Assembly (NCBI GenBank): GCA_965200315.1
Contig: OZ241362.1
Location: 4,160,001-4,224,000 of the forward strand
Direction of reading: 5' to 3'
Source: Candidatus Latescibacterota bacterium
GTDB taxonomy: Bacteria > Latescibacterota > UBA2968 > UBA8231
Length of the DNA stretch: 64,000 bases
Below the pieces are notes generated by a model, which was given only the letters and a program-made list of their open reading frames with translations, did not search any database and had not been told where the DNA came from. Each line of letters begins with the position of its first letter. Within the stretch, counting starts at the first letter, position 1. Position numbers and translations under genes: made by a program. Of the stretch, positions 58,586 to 64,000 are shown one piece after another.

Positions 58586-59659
58586 ATGAGAGTCTGCATC
58601 ATCGCTAGCGAAGCTTTGCTTGCTTGGCACGGGTTTGCGCTGGCCCAAGGATCAACCAACGATACAAACCGTTGGATGGCCGAGCAGCCCAAGGTAGAGG
58701 CATGGTTCGGCGGATGGGAAGTCGGAGGTCGAATCGACGCAGAAGGGATTTCCCGGCTCCCGGACTCGGGAGATAACACCGCAGGTGTTGGCGTGGCGGA
58801 AGCCGTGCTTGGGGTCGAAGCTGCGATAAACGACTGGATTGGCGGCGAGGTCGGCTTGCTATACGAGACCGTGAATATTGGGTTGGACGACAGGGAAGAC
58901 GGCACAAGCACCGCGGTTGACATCGCAACGTTGATGATCGGAGCGCCGGAAGGCTTGTGGTCTGTTACGGCAGGCCGGCAATACGCGCCGTTCGGCGTGT
59001 TTGCAACCAACTTGATCTCCGACCCGCTGACACTCGAACTCGGCGAAACAAACGAGGTTGCCGTGCAATTCGGGTTGTCGTCCGGCGGATTGCACGGGTC
59101 CATTTTCGACTTCTATGGCGATAATGAGCAAAATGGCGGTTATGGCGCTGCGATCGGCTATTCGCTGGAGCGCCGCGAGTCCGAGTTCGACCTGAACCTG
59201 TAGTACATCAGTGACATCGGTGCTTCAGGTAACCTACAAGAAGTGATCGCCGATAGTCGTGGCCGCAATAATATACCGGGTTGGTCAGTCAGTGCCGAGT
59301 TGGGTTACAAAAACGCATCGCTGATTGGCGAGTACCTCGCTTCGCTGGAGCGTTTTGCAGAAGACGAAGTAGAGTTCGCCGGACGCGGTGCCCAACAGTC
59401 GAGCTGGTCGCTCGAAGCGGCTTGCGATGTTAGCCTTGCGGGCAAGGCGGCAACGGTTGTTGCGAGCTATCAGGGTCTGGAAGAAGCGCTGGCGCTGGGG
59501 CTGCCCGCGCGGCGGGTTCTCGCTGGGGTCTCGGTGGAACTGGCGGAATGGTTCACGCCAGCCATCGAATGGGCGAGAGACGAAGATTATGCGCGCCAGG
59601 ACGGCGGCAGCGGCGAGCAAGTTAGCACGATCACGGTTCAGGTCTCCGCAAAATTCTAA
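58586..59659 (+). pseudogene. LbtU-family porin-like gene interrupted by an in-frame TAG (59201-59203)
   Basis: LLYE, AGRQYAPFG.F.TNLISDPLT.ELGET motifs; the same frame continues YISDI... to a C-terminal QVSAKF beta-signal. Confidence 0.75.
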
Positions 59660-59820
59660 CGGTCTGTATCTGAGGGCGAGGTATTCCAACCAAAGAGACG
59701 AGACGACCTATGTCCTTTCCGTTGGCCCCGCGGGCGATGCAGAAGCCTTTATCGTCGTATTCTTGCCGCAGTTTCGAGTTCCTATAGCAAGCATTCCATC
59801 TCGCCGGCATCTTTTCGGAC

Positions 59821-60828
59821 CTACCGCATTTCCGCCAGCGAGACCGTCCTGTGTTCCTTGGCCGAAACCGAGACGGCTTCGGCGATTTCGACATCCAGCA
59901 GGGCATCTTCTGGAGGATTGCGGGCCTCGCGGCGGCTTTCTATGGCATCGAGAAAGGCGGCGGCCTGCCGGACGAGCGGAGACGGTTCGTTCTCAAAAGC
60001 GCGAACCTCGGAACGGCCCCCACGAAAAACAGTAATGGAATCCTTGCCGGGCGGGCTGTCGGCATTGGGCAGGATTCCACCCTCGGCGCAGACAAAACGC
60101 GGCTGTGGGTCAGGCATGCCCTCCGGGCCGATATAACTGGCCGTGGCCGAAGCGAAGGCACCGTTTTCAAATCCAATCAGGGCCCCGCATGTCTCCTCCA
60201 CTACGTGCCCGGGAGCCGTATTTCGCATCCGATTGGTCATTGCGGACACGGTGGTCGGCCTGCCGAGAATCCAGCGGACGGCATTGAGATAGCAATAGCT
60301 CATATGGGTCAGCGGCATCCCGCCACTCGCCCCTTGGTCATAGTACCACCCGTCCGGGTCCGGGTTCCACAGGGCCATGGTCACGGCCATCACCGGCACC
60401 CCCAGTTCCCTTCCCGCCATTAGGTGCCGAATCTCCTCCCAGGCAGGGTCGTAACGGCGCTGGAATCCGGCCTCCACAATCCGATTGGTCCGGGCCGCCA
60501 TTTCTACGATCTGGTGCCCATTTTCCACACTTGAAGCTAGACATCCGCCCACGAGGAGGTCGTAACCAGCATCCAATGCCCAAATGGAGACCTCGTCCTG
60601 AACGCGATGCGGAACCTCGATTAGGATCGCGTCCGGTCCGGCCTCCCCCAATCGGCGAAAGTCATCGTAGAAAACGTCGCACCCCAACTCAGCCGCGCAG
60701 CTTTCAGCACGCTGTGCGCGCCGGGCGGCGACGCCGCAGATCGCCGCCCGCCCGGTGTCCAGCAACGCCCTGCCCCGGGCCCGAGCCATGTTCCCGGCTC
60801 CCACAATCGCTATTCGCTGTTTCGGCAT
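59821..60828 (-). CDS. Gfo/Idh/MocA family oxidoreductase
   Basis: IAIVGAGNM and GFQRRYDP motifs; the EKP motif is replaced by GGC. Confidence 0.8.
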   Translation of the reverse strand: MPKQRIAIVGAGNMARARGRALLDTGRAAICGVAARRAQRAESCAAELGCDVFYDDFRRLGEAGPDAILIEVPHRVQDEVSIWALDAGYDLLVGGCLASSVENGHQIVEMAARTNRIVEAGFQRRYDPAWEEIRHLMAGRELGVPVMAVTMALWNPDPDGWYYDQGASGGMPLTHMSYCYLNAVRWILGRPTTVSAMTNRMRNTAPGHVVEETCGALIGFENGAFASATASYIGPEGMPDPQPRFVCAEGGILPNADSPPGKDSITVFRGGRSEVRAFENEPSPLVRQAAAFLDAIESRREARNPPEDALLDVEIAEAVSVSAKEHRTVSLAEMR

Positions 60829-60945
60829 TGTGCTACCGCTCCCGTTTTTTGAGTTTAATGCCCTCAGCAGCGAATCTTGAGTACCAAGATATGTCGCGTC
60901 AAGGGCCGTTGTCGCGGCGTAATCGTGAGGTGGAAGGCGGAGAGC

Positions 60946-61926
60946 ATGGAATACGTCAAGTTCGGCCGTTCTGGCCTGAAGGTGTCGCGCTTGGCCTACG
61001 GGTTGGGCCTGCGCGGCCAGCAGGACGCCGACGAGGCCGAGTGCGCCATCGAGCGGGCCGTCGAGTTGGGGATCAACTTCATTGACTGCGCCAACATCTA
61101 CGGCTTCGGGGACGTGTACGAGACCCGCGGCACGTCGGAGCAGGTTCTGGCGCGCGTCCTCAGGCGGCACCGCGACGACCTCGTGGTCACCTCGAAGGTG
61201 GCCAGCCGCGTCGGCGACGGGCCTAACGACACCGGTCTGTCGCGCTATCACATCATGCGGGAGATCGATCGCACCTTGGCCCGCCTCGAGACGGATCACA
61301 TCGACGTTTACATTCTGCACATGTACGACGACGAGACCCCCCTCGAGGAGACGCTGCGCGCCTTGGACGATGTGGTGCGCGCTGGCAAGACGCGCTACGT
61401 GGGCGTCTCTAACTTCCAAGCCTGGCAGGTGCTCAAGTCTCTGTGGACTCAGGACCGCCTCGGGCTCGATCCCCTACTCTGCATCCAGAATCCCTACAAC
61501 CTCCTCAACCGGGAACTAGAGAGCGAGATGTGGCCGGCGCAGCGCGACCAGGGCTTCGGGGTTATGACGTACAGTCCCTTGGGTGTGGGTTTGTTCTCTG
61601 GCGTGTACACTCCCGGAGAGCCGCCGCCGGGCGGCACCCTGTACGCCACCCGGCGCGTTGGAGACTTGGAGCAGGACCTCAACGAGGCGGCGCGCCGCAC
61701 CCTAAAGATCCTGCGGCAGATCGCCGACGCCCATGGCCGCACCGTGGCGCAGACAGCCATCAACTGGGTGATCTCTCACCCTGAAGTGACGGCGGCCATC
61801 ACCGGCTGCGACACCGCGGCTCACATGGAGGAGAATGCTGGCGCGGTGGGCTGGTCAATTACGCCGGCGGACCGGGCCCGTCTCGACGAAGCCTCGGCCG
61901 GCCAAGATCGCGTCCTAGACGTCTGA
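60946..61926 (+). CDS. aldo/keto reductase
   Basis: GRSGLKVS, FIDCANIYG, RYVGVSNF, QNPYNLL and YSPLG motifs. Confidence 0.93.
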   Translation: MEYVKFGRSGLKVSRLAYGLGLRGQQDADEAECAIERAVELGINFIDCANIYGFGDVYETRGTSEQVLARVLRRHRDDLVVTSKVASRVGDGPNDTGLSRYHIMREIDRTLARLETDHIDVYILHMYDDETPLEETLRALDDVVRAGKTRYVGVSNFQAWQVLKSLWTQDRLGLDPLLCIQNPYNLLNRELESEMWPAQRDQGFGVMTYSPLGVGLFSGVYTPGEPPPGGTLYATRRVGDLEQDLNEAARRTLKILRQIADAHGRTVAQTAINWVISHPEVTAAITGCDTAAHMEENAGAVGWSITPADRARLDEASAGQDRVLDV

Positions 61927-62027
61927 CCGCTCAGTAGGGGCTATCGACACTCAGGCGCACACGCCGCGGCGGTCTTCATTCCGCCTTTATTTTTCTTATA
62001 GGTTCCAAAAAACTTAGGGAGACCAGC

Positions 62028-62828
62028 ATGCGACTCAAAGACAGGATAGCTATCGTCACCGGTGCCGGGGGTGGCATGGGCCTCGGCATATCGAAATGCC
62101 TGACGCGCGAAGGGGCGGTCATCGTGGCGACCGACATCGACGGCGACCGGGCGCAGGCCACCGCCGACGAGCTTGAGAGCGAAGGGGCCGCCGCGGTCGC
62201 CATCGCCGCCGACATAACGGATGAATCCGCCTGCGAGGCCCTCGTCGCTCAGGCGCTCGGGTGCTTCGGTGCCGTCGATATCCTCGTCAACAACGCCGGC
62301 CACTTCGGCACCATCGTCGGTGCCCCGTTCACCAACTTCACCGGCGAGGAGTGGGACAGCAACTACGACATACACGTCAAGGGCCCCTTCTTCCTCTGCA
62401 AGGCGATCGCCCCGCACATGATCGAGCGCCGCTATGGCAAGATCATCAACATCTCTTCCGCGGCCGCTAAACGCGACCCGACCTTCCTGCCGACCTACGC
62501 GGCCGCCAAGAACGCGATGCTCAGCTTGACACGGCTGACCGCCAAGGACTTGGGGCCGCACAACATCACCGTAAACGCCGTATGCCCCGGGTTCGTGTGG
62601 ACCAACTTCTGGCACACGCTAGCACCGAAGATAGCCGCGATCGATCCGGCCTATGCCGGCAAAAGCGCCCGCGAGGTGTTCGACCTGTTCATCGCCAACT
62701 CGACGCCGATGCAGCGCGAGCAGACGCCTGAGGATATAGGCAACATGGTCGCCTTTCTCGCTTCCGAAGAGGCACGCAACGTCACTGGCCAGACGATAAA
62801 TGTCAGCGGCGGCATGGTCTTGGACTGA
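62028..62828 (+). CDS. SDR family oxidoreductase
   Basis: TGAGGGMG, LVNNAG, YAAAK and NAVCPG motifs. Confidence 0.93.
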   Translation: MRLKDRIAIVTGAGGGMGLGISKCLTREGAVIVATDIDGDRAQATADELESEGAAAVAIAADITDESACEALVAQALGCFGAVDILVNNAGHFGTIVGAPFTNFTGEEWDSNYDIHVKGPFFLCKAIAPHMIERRYGKIINISSAAAKRDPTFLPTYAAAKNAMLSLTRLTAKDLGPHNITVNAVCPGFVWTNFWHTLAPKIAAIDPAYAGKSAREVFDLFIANSTPMQREQTPEDIGNMVAFLASEEARNVTGQTINVSGGMVLD

Positions 62829-62984
62829 ACAGTGGACCTGAGAATCAGTGACTATAATGGAGCTGACACTAGCTGAAGCGAAGTCATTGCGGCCAGTGAC
62901 GGACATTTTTTGATTTGGATATGATTGATTAATTGTCCGGTTTTTGTATATGTTCTTTGGTAGAAAGAAGCGAGGAGGCCTCTT

Positions 62985-63263
62985 TTGGGAAAGTTGGAAT
63001 GCTTTCAATTGGCAGGCCTAGAATTATGGTTCAATTCCTCAGACCACGAACCGCCTCATTTTCACGCTCGCAAACCGGACAAATGGGAGATACGCGTCTT
63101 TTTTGGTGCGTGTAAACGCAAAAATCTAGTTTTTAATGTGAAGTTTCCCCCTTCGGGATCAGGCCCTTCGAGCAAAGAGCGGCAGGAACTGTTGCGTCTA
63201 GTGCTTCAGCATAGAGACGCACTTTATGCTGAGTGGGAAGCCAAAGTGGATATAGGGAGCTAA
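62985..63263 (+). CDS. DUF4160 domain protein (putative toxin)
   Basis: FNSSDHEPPHFH motif and C-terminal L..EW. Confidence 0.8.
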   Translation: MGKLECFQLAGLELWFNSSDHEPPHFHARKPDKWEIRVFFGACKRKNLVFNVKFPPSGSGPSSKERQELLRLVLQHRDALYAEWEAKVDIGS

Positions 63264-63265
63264 AA

Positions 63266-64000
63266 ATGGCAAAAGCTGCTGAAATGACTGTCTGGGCTCA
63301 AGACCTATTTAGCTATGACGTTATTCCGTCCTCATTTACCATTTTTAGGAAACCGGATGTGAGCAAGGTGAATGCTCGGGATATCTTCGTATTAACTTCT
63401 GTTGCCGACCTGCCTACGGTAAGTGATTTTGTCCGTGCTGCCAATCATCGAAACCATCTTCGAACCCTTTTCGTTCGCGAAGACGACAACGCTCAGTTTT
63501 TGCCGCAGATACTTTACGAGGCAAAACTCAAAAGCAGCCGAAATATTCTTGTGCATTCGACTAAGGATGTGCCAAAGCGCGTACTAACGGCTTGGAGCCT
63601 TGGATGTCCCGATCAACTCATTGCCAATGCACAGATTGTAGGCGACGAACTCTTTGTCATGGCGTGTGATCATACCTTATTCAGAGTGGATTTTGCAGAA
63701 ATGCCCGCCTTGGGGCGGATTCCATTCCAACAGCGTTCTTCATTTACTATTTCCAGTGAAGGCAGTTATATACACTGGCCTGAGGTTGATGTACACATTG
63801 ACCTAGATGCTATTCGCTACCTAAAAGACGAAACATGGCGTGAGAAAAAGGATCGGGAAAAACTAATGTACGATCTCCGATTTGGAGAGGCCGTTGCCGC
63901 ATTGCGCAAGCAGTACGGGCTTAAGCAAACCGATATACGAGGGCTTTCTGAACGCCATGTGCGAAGGATCGAAAAGGGGGAACGGACAAAGATTGGTACG
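63266..64000 (+). CDS. DUF2442 + XRE-HTH protein (putative antitoxin; 3' truncated by the window)
   Basis: Own translation: ...FTISSEGSYIHWPEVDVHIDLD (DUF2442) then FGEAVAALRKQYGLKQTDI.GLSERHVRRIEKGE (HTH). Confidence 0.8.
   Translation, partial: MAKAAEMTVWAQDLFSYDVIPSSFTIFRKPDVSKVNARDIFVLTSVADLPTVSDFVRAANHRNHLRTLFVREDDNAQFLPQILYEAKLKSSRNILVHSTKDVPKRVLTAWSLGCPDQLIANAQIVGDELFVMACDHTLFRVDFAEMPALGRIPFQQRSSFTISSEGSYIHWPEVDVHIDLDAIRYLKDETWREKKDREKLMYDLRFGEAVAALRKQYGLKQTDIRGLSERHVRRIEKGERTKIGT

Noticed and set aside
59821-61419. 532-aa minus ORF as one protein
   Set aside because: The first ~197 aa are the antisense shadow of the aldo/keto reductase; the real gene starts at 60828.

Overview
GC-rich (roughly 60-65% by eye) bacterial chromosome segment from a diderm heterotroph. 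It carries futalosine-pathway mqnB, outer-membrane proteins, five PhyH dioxygenases and many Gfo/Idh/MocA, SDR and amidohydrolase genes; this profile resembles Latescibacterota/Gemmatimonadota/Poribacteria-like lineages (inference only). Two defence islands are present. (1) 13.07-23.68 kb: a type I R-M locus with frameshifted hsdM, rearranged hsdS, hsdR and an M48 peptidase. Its accessory cassettes are punctuated by copies of the hsdM 3' end, and several genes survive only as N- plus C-terminal 'skeletons'. (2) 26.9-37.1 kb: a type I-D CRISPR-Cas locus (divergent WYL regulator; cas6-cas10d[internal cas11d]-csc2-csc1-cas3'-deleted cas4/cas1-cas2) with a 17-repeat array of a short 28-bp repeat. 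Housekeeping genes include purM, cspA, tRNA-Glu(CTC), glcB and aspS. The best unannotated signal is a complete ribosome-mediated attenuator upstream of aspS: a 21-aa leader peptide with Asn-Asn-Asn plus mutually exclusive 1:2, 2:3 and 3:4 helices. Others are a solitary type I-C-like CRISPR repeat heading a small ORF, two spacers hitting opposite strands of one variant target, and a triple-hairpin repeat upstream of cspA. All family calls rest on motif recognition by eye; no database searches were run.
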